A stretch of 64,000 bases of DNA from Spirochaetales bacterium Spiro_09 (GTDB lineage: Bacteria > Spirochaetota > Spirochaetia > Treponematales > Treponemataceae): contig LVBK01000009.1 of the NCBI GenBank assembly GCA_001604385.1, positions 23,195 through 87,194 of the forward strand, given 5' to 3'. Within the stretch, counting starts at the first letter, position 1, and each line of letters begins with the position of its first letter. The notes beneath the pieces are model-generated. The model was not told the origin of the DNA, did not search any database, and was given only the letters and a program-made list of their open reading frames with translations. The translations under genes and the position numbers were made by a program. Below are positions 46,939 through 57,064 of this stretch, one piece after another.

Positions 46939-48851
46939 ATAATCAAATTAACCTAAAACTGTGTTTCGGAACATATTGTTCCTTTTTGCCGGGTACAGAG
47001 CCATCATCATATGAGCGTCAATATCAAACTATCTTCAAGCCGCTCATCTCCTCTCTCTACACGCTTGAGCAGGTACCGTTCACGCTTGCATTTTCGGGAT
47101 ACTTTTTTGAATGGATTGAGTCACATCATCCTGAATTTATTATGATTCTGGAAGAAATGGTTGGACGCAAACAAATTGATATTGTAGGCGGGGGATATTG
47201 GACTCCTCTTTTTCCGGTAATTCCGCCAGCAGATCGAGTCGGCCAAATCGAGCTCTTGACAACTCTCCTGAGAAAGACTGCGGGAAAGCGTCCTCGGGGA
47301 CTATGGCTGCCGGCCAGCGCCTGGGAATCATCTATGGTTGCATCACTGTGCACCTGCGGAATGGAATATGTTTTAATCGATAAAATTATGCTCGAGTCTT
47401 CCGGGTGTGCCATGGTTGACGGATATTCACCGGCAATTATAGAGGATTGCGGGAAAACGGTTATTGCGGTTCCCGTTGACAACAGATACCGCTTTCCGAA
47501 TCATTTTTCCCCGGAATCCTATTTTGAGGATATATCTTCTTCGGTGGAAGAGGGGCAGGAACGGTTACTTGTTATTCTTTTTGAAACAGCAGCGCTGGCC
47601 TCGATCTTTTCAGCGGATTCCGGACGGGAAAGCTGGTTTGAACGTTTTATAGATCTTTTTCAGCACAACAAGAATACAATCGAACTGTCCTCACCGTCCC
47701 GGGTATTGAAGAACAGGGTATTGTGGCCCCGAGTATACCTCTCGTCGGGTATGTCTCCCTTTGCGCTCGAGGATATTCGAACTACGGATCTCGCAGCGGT
47801 ATTATCACGGACGTCGATTAAACATACTTTCATTAAATCCCCGGCCGTCATGAATCTGTATGCAAAAATGATGTACGTACATGTATTGGTAAACCAATTA
47901 CGCGGAGATAAGGCCAGGAAAAAAAACGCGCGTGAAGAATTATGGCAAGCACAGTGTGGGGATGTGTACAGAACTGCTACCAGCGGGAACTCCCGAAAAG
48001 TAAGATCAATGAGAACAGCGGCATACAGGCACTTGCTGGCCGCGGAGCGACTTGCGCGATTGAAGGGCGTTTTTTCTCCCTCAATTGTGTCTTTTGATTT
48101 TGATATGGATGGACTGAAAGAGTTTTTATGTCAGCTCGACGATATCAACATGTACGTCCATCAAAGAGGGGGGAAAATATTCATTTTTGATGTATTCAAA
48201 TCCCACAGAAATTATTGCCACTTCACTGACTTGCGGCAAGGTCTCTTTGTGGATCATTTGATTACCCAGGAAGAATTATCGCGCCTTGAAGCAGGGATCT
48301 TCCCGGATACCAACAAACCGGTGTTCGCCGACGAGTTGTACCAGGAAACAAATATCGACTCGCCCCGACATGAAATTCATTTGAAAGCGAACGGTTTTTT
48401 CGGGGCGTTTCAACAACCGGTCAGTTTGCGAAAAAGCTTTAACTTCAGAAATGAAGGCTTACAGTTACAATATATTATAAAAAACGAAAGTCCTCTAACC
48501 CTGTCAGGTATATTTGTCACAGAAGCTGATTTTGCCATCTCGGATCTCAAAAACAAAGCCCCGCAAATGGAATCGTACTCCGGCGAGAACCGGCAAGAAG
48601 GGCCAGTAGTTCGTTCCATGTTCCAGGATGTTTCCTGGCTACGAATTGATGACGCAGAAACATCGATCCGTTTTACCCTTGAAGCCAATGAAAATCCCAG
48701 TGTTTCGGTAATTCCCCTGTATTGCGATCCCGACCCGGAAGAAGAGACCGGGCAAAAAATAAGCGGAGTACGCATCTTTCTTTATTGGAAGGTTGACCTG
48801 ACACCAGGTTTTGAAACCGAAAAAACGATTTTCCTGAAAACTGAAACGTGA
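46935..48851 (+). CDS. GH57 4-alpha-glucanotransferase-like protein (DUF1925/DUF1926), probably catalytically inactive
   Basis: 'FSG...EWIE..HPE', 'GGGY..P', 'GQIE', 'RPRGLWLP', 'YAKMMYV', 'DFDMDGLKE', beta-sandwich C-terminus; catalytic Glu position is Ala. Confidence 0.82.
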   Translation: MNNQINLKLCFGTYCSFLPGTEPSSYERQYQTIFKPLISSLYTLEQVPFTLAFSGYFFEWIESHHPEFIMILEEMVGRKQIDIVGGGYWTPLFPVIPPADRVGQIELLTTLLRKTAGKRPRGLWLPASAWESSMVASLCTCGMEYVLIDKIMLESSGCAMVDGYSPAIIEDCGKTVIAVPVDNRYRFPNHFSPESYFEDISSSVEEGQERLLVILFETAALASIFSADSGRESWFERFIDLFQHNKNTIELSSPSRVLKNRVLWPRVYLSSGMSPFALEDIRTTDLAAVLSRTSIKHTFIKSPAVMNLYAKMMYVHVLVNQLRGDKARKKNAREELWQAQCGDVYRTATSGNSRKVRSMRTAAYRHLLAAERLARLKGVFSPSIVSFDFDMDGLKEFLCQLDDINMYVHQRGGKIFIFDVFKSHRNYCHFTDLRQGLFVDHLITQEELSRLEAGIFPDTNKPVFADELYQETNIDSPRHEIHLKANGFFGAFQQPVSLRKSFNFRNEGLQLQYIIKNESPLTLSGIFVTEADFAISDLKNKAPQMESYSGENRQEGPVVRSMFQDVSWLRIDDAETSIRFTLEANENPSVSVIPLYCDPDPEEETGQKISGVRIFLYWKVDLTPGFETEKTIFLKTET

Positions 48852-48901
48852 CCTGTCTTTCATATGCAGGCCGTTGACTCTGATCTGCCTTACGATTTAT
48901 C

Positions 48902-51274
48902 ATGGCCTTTATGAAAAGAAAACTTGTAACCTCAGCTCTGCCTTATGTTAACAATATTCCCCACCTCGGAAATCTGATCCAGGTTCTGTCCGCAGACGTT
49001 TTTTCACGTTTTTGCCGCCTGAAGGGTTACGAGACACTGTATGTGTGCGGAACCGACGAATACGGAACGGCTACTGAAACAAAAGCCCTGGAAGAAGGGA
49101 AAACACCCCGACAGTTGTGCGATTATTATCATTCCATACATAGCGACATTTATAACTGGTTTGAAATTGCTTTTGATCATTTTGGCAGAACGTCGACTCC
49201 CCAACAAACGGAAGTAACCCAGGGGATTTTTCTTGATCTTGATAAAAATGGATATATAAAAGAACATACCATCGAGCAATTGTTCTGTACTCAGTGTAAC
49301 CGGTTTCTTGCTGACCGATATGTTCTTGGCACCTGCCCTGCATGCGGCTATACGGATGCCCGGGGTGATCAATGTGAACACTGCGGAAAATTGCTTGATC
49401 CAGTCGAACTGTCCACTCCGCGCTGCTCATCCTGCAGCTCGACTCCGGAAGTGCGATCGACAAAGCATTTGTACATCGACCTTCCTGGCATACTTCCGGA
49501 ATATGAAACATGGATGAAAGAGGCCAGCCAGACAGGACAATGGGCAAAAAACGCAATACAGATGACGCAAGCATGGATACGTGACGGTCTTCAGGAGCGG
49601 GCCATTACCCGTGACCTGTCGTGGGGTATACCGGTGCCAAAAAAAGGTTTTGAGCACAAGGTGTTTTATGTCTGGTTTGACGCCCCTATTGGCTATATCT
49701 CGATCACAAAATGTTATTTTGACCGAATCGGCCAAACCGGATGGGAAAAGTGGTGGCATGATCCTGAAAATGTCGAATTGTTTCAGTTCATCGGCAAGGA
49801 TAATATTCCCTTCCATACAGTAATTTTTCCCTCAAGTCTGATAGGAAGCGGAAACGCGTGGACAAAGCTGCATCATATGTCCAGTACCGAATATCTCAAC
49901 TATGAATCCGGCAAATTTTCGAAATCCAAAGGAATTGGCGTGTTCGGTTCTGATGCAAAAGAATCAGGCATTCCCGCCGATATGTGGCGTTTTTACATTT
50001 TCTATAATCGTCCGGAAAAATCCGATGCCCAATTCACCTGGAAAGACTTTCAGGAAAAGATAAACAGCGAGTTGATCGGAAACCTGGGCAATCTGGTGAA
50101 CCGGACACTGACCTTTATAGACCGGTATTATGACGGTGTCATACCAGGACAGGACGGCAGAACCTCAACACGCAAGGATATCGTTGACATTTCCTCGACC
50201 TTATTCAGTTCACTTGAAAATTCCTGTGCAAAGATAACGCAATCACTGGAATGGGCCGATTTGCGAGATGCCTTCAGGGAAATATTCGCACTCTCCTCAA
50301 TCGCGAATAAAGCATTCCAGGATGGAGAGCCCTGGAAAAACAGAACACAGGATCCGGAGAAAGCAGAAGCATTGTTGCATGATCTGGTGTATTTGATTAA
50401 AGATATAACCATCATGCTGCATCCCTTTATTCCCGCTTTTTCTGATCGTGTATCATCATTTCTTGGTAAAAAGGTATGGTCCGGAACAATTTTCAATGAA
50501 TCAGATGTACTACAGGGTAAAGAACCGGTTGCCCGTACTGCTGCTCCAGCAGCTGATACTCTTTCCTGGAACGATATCGGAAAACGGGAAGGCCTTACAA
50601 AGGTATATTCGCCCGAGATCATATTCAAGCCTCTTGATGATGCACTGATAGACGAATACCGTGAAAAATATTCCGGTTCACAAAAGGACCGTAAAGAAAA
50701 GGAAAATAAAATGAGCGAGAAAGAAAACACTGTACTTCCGGAAACCCAAAAGGAACAGGTGGTTTCGGTTTCCCAATCAGATATTTTCAACTCCAAAATC
50801 TCACTGAAAACCGCAAAGATAATTGGCATTGAAAAACATCCGGATGCTGAAAAGCTTTACATTGAAACACTTGATGATGGCGCAGGAGAGAATCGCATAA
50901 TTCTGTCCGGCTTGGTTCCCTATTTCACCGAAGAACAACTACTGGGTAAATCCATAATCATTGCCGATAATCTGAAACCACGAAAGATGCGTGGAATAGA
51001 ATCACGGGGGATGCTTCTGGCCGCCAGTTCCAAGACTGAGGATGGAACGGAAGTTCTCGAAGTCCTGGATTCATCCATGGCTGCTCCAGGCACTCCGGTT
51101 ATTCTTGAAGGCTCTGATTCTTCTGTACAAAAACCGGAAAGTATTTCAGCAGACGACTTCTTTGCGGTTCAAATTGTAGTTGTTGATGGTCAGGTAACCA
51201 TTGATGGAAAACGACTGATGATTAACGATAGCCCGGTACGCACCACACTGGTAAAAAACGGCGAAGTTTCCTGA
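48902..51274 (+). CDS. metG: methionine--tRNA ligase with C-terminal tRNA-binding domain
   Basis: 'TSALPYVNNIPHLGN', four CxxC knuckles, 'YVWFDAPIGY', 'GKDNIPFH', KFSKS, C-terminal 'HPDAEKLY...NLKPRKMRGIESRGM'. Confidence 0.97.
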   Translation: MAFMKRKLVTSALPYVNNIPHLGNLIQVLSADVFSRFCRLKGYETLYVCGTDEYGTATETKALEEGKTPRQLCDYYHSIHSDIYNWFEIAFDHFGRTSTPQQTEVTQGIFLDLDKNGYIKEHTIEQLFCTQCNRFLADRYVLGTCPACGYTDARGDQCEHCGKLLDPVELSTPRCSSCSSTPEVRSTKHLYIDLPGILPEYETWMKEASQTGQWAKNAIQMTQAWIRDGLQERAITRDLSWGIPVPKKGFEHKVFYVWFDAPIGYISITKCYFDRIGQTGWEKWWHDPENVELFQFIGKDNIPFHTVIFPSSLIGSGNAWTKLHHMSSTEYLNYESGKFSKSKGIGVFGSDAKESGIPADMWRFYIFYNRPEKSDAQFTWKDFQEKINSELIGNLGNLVNRTLTFIDRYYDGVIPGQDGRTSTRKDIVDISSTLFSSLENSCAKITQSLEWADLRDAFREIFALSSIANKAFQDGEPWKNRTQDPEKAEALLHDLVYLIKDITIMLHPFIPAFSDRVSSFLGKKVWSGTIFNESDVLQGKEPVARTAAPAADTLSWNDIGKREGLTKVYSPEIIFKPLDDALIDEYREKYSGSQKDRKEKENKMSEKENTVLPETQKEQVVSVSQSDIFNSKISLKTAKIIGIEKHPDAEKLYIETLDDGAGENRIILSGLVPYFTEEQLLGKSIIIADNLKPRKMRGIESRGMLLAASSKTEDGTEVLEVLDSSMAAPGTPVILEGSDSSVQKPESISADDFFAVQIVVVDGQVTIDGKRLMINDSPVRTTLVKNGEVS

Positions 51275-51279
51275 TTTAT

Positions 51280-52389
51280 ATGTCCGGAGATTTTCACCTT
51301 GTGCCGGCGGATACCGGTAACGCAGCAGTACCGGCATCCAGATTTATGCAAAGCCCGTTCTGGATTTCATTCAAAGCCGCTCATGGATGGAAAGAGTGTT
51401 CCTTCACTGTTGAATGTACACCTGACAGTGTCTATCACGCCATGAGTGGATACCAGTTCAGTATTCTTTACCGTGAAATCTTTCGTGGAAAATTTATTGT
51501 ATATATCCCGCTTGCACCGGAATGGGATCCCCAAACTGCACAGTCGCGCGCCGACCTGCTTGTTATCCTTGCACAATCAATCGCTGCACACCTGCAATTA
51601 CCGCTTATTTGCATACGATTCGATCCCCCCTGGATCAATAGTAATCAGATTGCTGTTAAAGACTCATTCAATAAAATGTCTCTCTATCGAGCTACGTCAG
51701 ATGTCCAACCACCCGATACAGTCATTCTCGACCTTGATCCAACCATCGAGGATATCCTGTGCGATATGAAGCCCAAGTGGCGCTATAACATCAAACTGGC
51801 AGAAAAAAAAGGGGTACATGTATCCTGTATACGCCCGGGTACCGATAATACAGAACTGTATGAAGCACTGGATATTTTCTGGAAATTATACTGTGAAACG
51901 GCAGAGCGTGACGGAATTGCGACACATACAAAGCAGTATTATCATGATTTATTTTTTCATACACCGGACACGACTACCTGCTTGAGCCTGTATATCGCCT
52001 GGCATGACAATGAACCTATTGCTGCAATTATCACGGTGTTTTACAAACAGGAAGCTATATATTTATATGGTGCATCGTCAAATTCTAAAAGAAATCTGAT
52101 GCCGGCCTACCTCCTTCAATGGACCGCCATTCAGGACGCACGGGCTGCCGGATGCAAACATTATGACTTTTACGGGATTCCTCCCTGTGATGATCCGGAT
52201 CACCCAATGCATGGTTTATATCGTTTTAAAACAGGTTTTGGCGGAAAAATAGTACATCGTATCGGAAGCATTGATGTTCCGGGTAGCCGGCTCCTCTACA
52301 AAATCTATCGACTGTTAGAAAGTCTCAGAGCCTGGTGGTTTAAAAAAGCGGTTAAACTTCTCAAGAAAGAAAAGCGTCAGAGCTCATAA
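51280..52389 (+). CDS. FemABX-family peptidoglycan peptidyltransferase
   Basis: 'FMQS.FW..FK..HGW', 'VQPPDT..LDL', 'KWRYNIKLAEKKGV', 'YLYGAS', 'YDFYGI', 'GLYRFKTGFGG'. Confidence 0.9.
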   Translation: MSGDFHLVPADTGNAAVPASRFMQSPFWISFKAAHGWKECSFTVECTPDSVYHAMSGYQFSILYREIFRGKFIVYIPLAPEWDPQTAQSRADLLVILAQSIAAHLQLPLICIRFDPPWINSNQIAVKDSFNKMSLYRATSDVQPPDTVILDLDPTIEDILCDMKPKWRYNIKLAEKKGVHVSCIRPGTDNTELYEALDIFWKLYCETAERDGIATHTKQYYHDLFFHTPDTTTCLSLYIAWHDNEPIAAIITVFYKQEAIYLYGASSNSKRNLMPAYLLQWTAIQDARAAGCKHYDFYGIPPCDDPDHPMHGLYRFKTGFGGKIVHRIGSIDVPGSRLLYKIYRLLESLRAWWFKKAVKLLKKEKRQSS

Positions 52390-53149
52390 TTCGTACACCG
52401 ATTTTTCTGATTTCTGACAGGAAATCATTTCCCAATTTTTCAAATCCCGGCACATTCGAACTGACGTCATCAAGAACAACAAGTTTTTCTGATGGAATAC
52501 AGGTTAATAGGTCACGTATCGTGTTGGCGACACAATGAGAAAGTGCTTCGCCGGCAACCGCAATAACATCGGCGGTTTTCAGGCGCTCAATCAGCGCAAA
52601 GTTGGTACGAGAATTTGGATCGGCAGCATCCGAGACTTCCGCGCGTATGGCACTGTAATGTTCTGTACGTACATTGCTGCCCTTATAGGTATAGTCAACG
52701 ACCCTGCCAGGCAATGATTGTTCCCAGTCGATTAGTTTTCCTGATAACACCGGAAAAACATTATGGCCCCAGGTTCCTATAAGACAATGGGGGGGCCACA
52801 CACACAAATTATACTTGCCTGTTCTTTCCAGCGTGGAAACGTATTCACCCGCATAATGCTGATATTGTGGTACAGAAGCACGAAAAGCACCGGAATCGAT
52901 CAGCTCCCGGGTAATAATGGTATATGGCTCGGGATGGTTTCCGTCACCATCCAGCCAAAAAACCGGATGTGCAATATGAAAAAAATGATGTGTATCCATG
53001 GTCACATGAATGGACTGTAGATTATTGCCAATGCGATCAATCATGGAAGCTAACCGGATACAGTCTTCCTCTGCACCCGGAACGTGTAAAGCACCATTTG
53101 AATCGCAAAAATCATTTTGGGGATCAATTATAAGGAGCGTGTTTGTCAT
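52361..53149 (-). CDS. nicotinamidase/isochorismatase-family cysteine hydrolase
   Basis: 'IIDPQNDFC', 'DTH', 'WPPHC', 'K', 'GEALSHCV' triad motifs. Confidence 0.88.
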   Translation of the reverse strand: MTNTLLIIDPQNDFCDSNGALHVPGAEEDCIRLASMIDRIGNNLQSIHVTMDTHHFFHIAHPVFWLDGDGNHPEPYTIITRELIDSGAFRASVPQYQHYAGEYVSTLERTGKYNLCVWPPHCLIGTWGHNVFPVLSGKLIDWEQSLPGRVVDYTYKGSNVRTEHYSAIRAEVSDAADPNSRTNFALIERLKTADVIAVAGEALSHCVANTIRDLLTCIPSEKLVVLDDVSSNVPGFEKLGNDFLSEIRKIGVRIMSSDAFLS

Positions 53150-53156
53150 AGCAATC

Positions 53157-53206
53157 AGTGTAGCATACTGTATTCCATTGTCAAGGAGGTTTGTTTTCGC
53201 TATAGT
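53157..53206. promoter_or_regulatory. overlapping divergent sigma70 promoters sharing one -35 (TTGTCAA)
   Basis: Plus: TTGTCA-17-TATAGT-6 nt-ATG (rnz). Minus: TTGACA-16-TGcTACACT-7 nt-ATG (nicotinamidase). Confidence 0.7.
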
Positions 53207-53212
53207 TTCACC

Positions 53213-54139
53213 ATGAATCTAGAAGCTTTTGTCCTGGGCTGTGGCGGTATGATGCCCTTGCCATATCGTCATTTAACTTCGGTCCTTCTGCGCAGGGAAG
53301 GGGACCTTTTTTTGTTTGATGGGGGCGAAGGCACCCAGGTTTCCCTGAGAAAACTGAATTTGAAGTGGAAAAAAATCAATGCAATATTTGTCAGTCACAC
53401 ACATGCAGACCATGTCACGGGCATTCCCGGTCTTCTGATGTTATCATCGCAGGTTGACCGTGACGATCCGTTGTATATCTTTGGTCCTCCGAAAATTGCC
53501 GAGTATATAGAAAGTAGCCGCAAAGTGCTTGACATGTATATAAACTATCAAATAGTGGTAAGGGAGATAACTGAACCCGGCATTATATACAGCGGTCCGG
53601 ATTTCGATGTACGGGCATTTCCCCTTCAACACACCAAAACATGCGTTGGGTACAGCCTTGTTGAACATCCCCGCCCAGGCGCATTTTTTCCGGATAAGGC
53701 AAAGGAGCTCAATGTCCCCTGCGGTCCGCTGTGGTCTCAATTACAGTCCGGTAAAAGCGTTATGTCGGCAAATGGAACTATCGTACAACCAGACGAGGTA
53801 CTAGGTCCACAGAGAAAGGGAAGAAAATTCAGCTATGTTACTGATACTCGCTATATTCCATCTATTGCTGAAGAAGTAGCGGAATCAGATTTACTTATTT
53901 GCGAGGGTATGTTTGACCAATCATTGTCTACAACGGCTCACGAAAAAAAACACATGACAGCCCAGGAAGCAGCGACAATTGCACGCGATGCGCGGGTAAA
54001 AAAAATGGCGCTCATTCATTATAGCCCGCGCTATACCGATCATGATTTAAAACTGTTACTTTCCGAGGCACGGGCTGTTTTTTCGCATACAGTACTTACC
54101 AGGGATAGAATGGTTTTCCCCATTGAATACGAGGATTGA
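53213..54139 (+). CDS. rnz: ribonuclease Z
   Basis: 'LFDGGEGTQ', HTHADH, exosite 'VPCGPLWSQLQSG', 'VTDT', 'HMTA..AA', 'HYSPRY'. Confidence 0.95.
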   Translation: MNLEAFVLGCGGMMPLPYRHLTSVLLRREGDLFLFDGGEGTQVSLRKLNLKWKKINAIFVSHTHADHVTGIPGLLMLSSQVDRDDPLYIFGPPKIAEYIESSRKVLDMYINYQIVVREITEPGIIYSGPDFDVRAFPLQHTKTCVGYSLVEHPRPGAFFPDKAKELNVPCGPLWSQLQSGKSVMSANGTIVQPDEVLGPQRKGRKFSYVTDTRYIPSIAEEVAESDLLICEGMFDQSLSTTAHEKKHMTAQEAATIARDARVKKMALIHYSPRYTDHDLKLLLSEARAVFSHTVLTRDRMVFPIEYED

Positions 54140-54147
54140 CCCAACAC

Positions 54148-54849
54148 ATGATCAGGACAATAGTACTACGTAAAATTTTCGGTTCATTTATCGCTTGCAA
54201 CGATCTTTCAATTTCATTACCCAAAAATAAACTAACCGCCCTCCTGGGAAGAAATGGAGCGGGAAAGACGACACTCCTTGCTATGCTTGCGTCAGTTCTA
54301 CCACCAACTTCAGGAGCAATTCTATTTGAGGGTATAGCTGATGACAAACGGCGTGAAAACACCGGAACGGTATTTGAAAACGCCCCGGTCTATCCCCAAC
54401 TTACCGTTTCCGAGTTTCTTGGTTTGTCAGCTTCTGTCTACGGTTTATCTTCACAGTCGGGCAGGGTAGCAATACAACGCGAACTGGAAAGATGGGGATT
54501 ACAAGCCGAGAAGAACAGGCTCTGCGGGAATTTGTCCCGTGGCTACCGCCAAAGGCTTGCGCTGGCTCGTGCTTTGTTAACGGAGCCACCTGTGCTTCTT
54601 CTTGATGAACCAACAAGCGGCCTTGATCCCCTTGAAAGCGAGCATTTCAGGGAAGTAATACGTGATATATCACGAACTACAACAATTATCTTTTCAACGC
54701 ATATTTTGTCGGAGGTTTCTGATCTGGCAGACTATCTGATTATCCTTGAAAAAGGAAACAAGGTAGCCGAGGGAAGTATCAGGCAGATTATGGATTCATC
54801 AGGTGCTGACACCCTTGAGCGGGCATTCAGTCAATATGCACAATCATAG
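54148..54849 (+). CDS. ABC transporter ATP-binding protein (GldA-like)
   Basis: GRNGAGKT, LSRGYRQ, LLLDEPTSGLDP, STHILSEV. Confidence 0.88.
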   Translation: MIRTIVLRKIFGSFIACNDLSISLPKNKLTALLGRNGAGKTTLLAMLASVLPPTSGAILFEGIADDKRRENTGTVFENAPVYPQLTVSEFLGLSASVYGLSSQSGRVAIQRELERWGLQAEKNRLCGNLSRGYRQRLALARALLTEPPVLLLDEPTSGLDPLESEHFREVIRDISRTTTIIFSTHILSEVSDLADYLIILEKGNKVAEGSIRQIMDSSGADTLERAFSQYAQS

Positions 54850-54871
54850 TAGCAGAGAGGGAAATGTGTCT

Positions 54872-57064
54872 ATGCGAAAATTCACCGGCTTAGTACACAA
54901 GGAACTTCTCGTTCTTGCCTCATCACCGGCTTTATTCTTTTCAGGGGTATTCTTTGTTCTTTTGTCCGGAATCCCCTTTTTCTTTCCCCTCAATCCTGTT
55001 CAAGGTGCCTTTACACTGCGAGCCTGGATGTCCACCATTCCTTGGGCGCTTATCATTGTAATCCCGGTTCTATCCATGACTATCCGTTCCGATGAACACA
55101 GGTATTCGGTCGAACCGCTCCTTCTTTCTTTCCCGGTATCTGTTTTCCAGATAATCATGTCAAAAATTGGCGCCAGAGCTCTCATTGCTCTTGCTTTAGT
55201 TATATTATCTTTACCGACCATTATCCTCACCGGCGCATCCTTGTTCGAAACGATAACCGTGGTAATTACTGTCCTGTGTGCCGCGCTCATGATTATTTCC
55301 GTTTCAGCCCTTATCTCTCTGATCACAGTTTCGCCGCTATCCAGTTTTCTGCTCTCTTTCATATTCTTTATGGTTACTGCACTTACTCCGCTGGTTCTTC
55401 AGTCCTTCAGCTTGAACCCGATACTTACTTCGTTTTTTTCGTCCATGTCGCTACCGGCACGTTTGGAAGCTGCATCCCGTGGTGTTATTGATTCACGTGA
55501 TATATCCTGGTTTCTTTTCATTTCATTAGTTTGTATGCTAGCGACAGAATTGCTCATTGTACGGTACCGGGACGGGAAGATTCAACTTTCACGCAGACAA
55601 ATCATAACAGTCATTCTTGCCGTAGTATTATTTACAACTGGTTCTGCCGGTCTGTATGTTCGGTATGATACAACAAGGGCTAAGCAGTGGACTCCCTCGA
55701 AGTACACACGATTGCTTGCAGGCAAACTTGATTCGGAATTGAAAATTACCTGGTTCAGAAACAACGAACTGCTCTCAATTGCACCATCTCTGATATATAT
55801 TCAGGATTTCATCAAAGAAATAGCCGGTTATTCGGAAGGCAAGATTCATTTTGTAAGCGAAGACCCGTTTACATCGGGGATGGCAGGAACGATAGAAACA
55901 CTGGGGATTATTCCGCGCCAAACAGATTTTCGTGAAGGGGCCACCCTGATTTCAAAACAATTTTATTCTGGCCTTCTTTTTGAATATAAGGGTTCATATG
56001 AGGTCATTCCTTTTACCATAGACACTGTGAAACTTGAATATGACATACTCGTTCGTTTCGCACAGTTGGGCATTGCACACCATGAAAACCAGCTTGAAAC
56101 AGTGTATATAATGAAATCCCCATCCGAAGTCAGACAAAACTATTCCTATATCGAACCATGGTTAGCCTATGCAGGTTTTTCCGTGTTCATGGTCTCTGAC
56201 GCACACATCCCGGACCCGAACAGGGGCATTCTGTTAGTTCTCGGTTCGCAGACGAATACAATTGAACAAACCGATATGATAAAGCATTTCCTTGACTCGG
56301 GCGGAAAGGCATTATTTCTTGTGTCTCCGCATACAGTCAACACGAAAGGAGACTGGCAGGTAACAGTCAAAGAACAGGACCCAGTTGTTCATTTGCTTGA
56401 AACACGGGGAATATTCCTGCAGCCCCAGCTCGTCATGGATGTATTGAATCATCGAATGGAAATGCCCGCTCTGGATGGCTCAAATACTGCTTTTATCAAT
56501 TATCCTTTCTGGGTCTGGATGCCAACCAAACAGTCCGGTGGTACGAACTCCGATTCGCCTGTTTTTGCCGGAATTCCGGGTTTGCAGTACTATTGGCCTG
56601 CTTCAATATCGTTGGCTCGGAGTATCAAACCGGCATACCTTCTGACGAGTTCTCCTGCTTCGATAACAATGAGCGCACCCTTTGATACAAATCCCTTTGG
56701 ATCACAATTATCTTTATTCGGTAAAGAATCAGCCAAGAAAAGTTCTATTTTGGGTGTAGTTATTGATAAACCAAACCGAATGATAGTTCTTGCAGATGAG
56801 CTTTTTGCAAGCGATCTTATCGAGTACACCGGCAGTGATACCAATCTTGATTTTATTGTAAACTGTGCCGAATGGCTTGCAGGACATGATATCTTGCTTG
56901 AAATAAAAAACAAGAATGCCGATATATCTCCAAATACAATAAACGGTGACGAGTCGTATAATGCCGCAATACGCAGAATCCGGCTGCTGCAGCTTGTTAT
57001 TATACCGTTATGTATATTGGCAGGAGCAGTCGTGTATCATGTACGCAGGAAAAAACACAATTGA
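54872..57064 (+). CDS. fused ABC-2 permease / GldG-like periplasmic domain protein
   Basis: GldF-like six-TM N-terminus ('EPLLLSFPVS', 'RGVIDSRDISWF'), then 'RYDTT....TPS.YT', 'LEYDI', 'NYPFW', 'NLDF..N..EWL' and a C-terminal TM. Confidence 0.8.
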   Translation: MRKFTGLVHKELLVLASSPALFFSGVFFVLLSGIPFFFPLNPVQGAFTLRAWMSTIPWALIIVIPVLSMTIRSDEHRYSVEPLLLSFPVSVFQIIMSKIGARALIALALVILSLPTIILTGASLFETITVVITVLCAALMIISVSALISLITVSPLSSFLLSFIFFMVTALTPLVLQSFSLNPILTSFFSSMSLPARLEAASRGVIDSRDISWFLFISLVCMLATELLIVRYRDGKIQLSRRQIITVILAVVLFTTGSAGLYVRYDTTRAKQWTPSKYTRLLAGKLDSELKITWFRNNELLSIAPSLIYIQDFIKEIAGYSEGKIHFVSEDPFTSGMAGTIETLGIIPRQTDFREGATLISKQFYSGLLFEYKGSYEVIPFTIDTVKLEYDILVRFAQLGIAHHENQLETVYIMKSPSEVRQNYSYIEPWLAYAGFSVFMVSDAHIPDPNRGILLVLGSQTNTIEQTDMIKHFLDSGGKALFLVSPHTVNTKGDWQVTVKEQDPVVHLLETRGIFLQPQLVMDVLNHRMEMPALDGSNTAFINYPFWVWMPTKQSGGTNSDSPVFAGIPGLQYYWPASISLARSIKPAYLLTSSPASITMSAPFDTNPFGSQLSLFGKESAKKSSILGVVIDKPNRMIVLADELFASDLIEYTGSDTNLDFIVNCAEWLAGHDILLEIKNKNADISPNTINGDESYNAAIRRIRLLQLVIIPLCILAGAVVYHVRRKKHN

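Noticed and set aside
53183-53190. Perfect SD-like AAGGAGGT upstream of rnz
   Set aside because: It is 22 nt from the ATG and inside the predicted promoter spacer, so probably not transcribed
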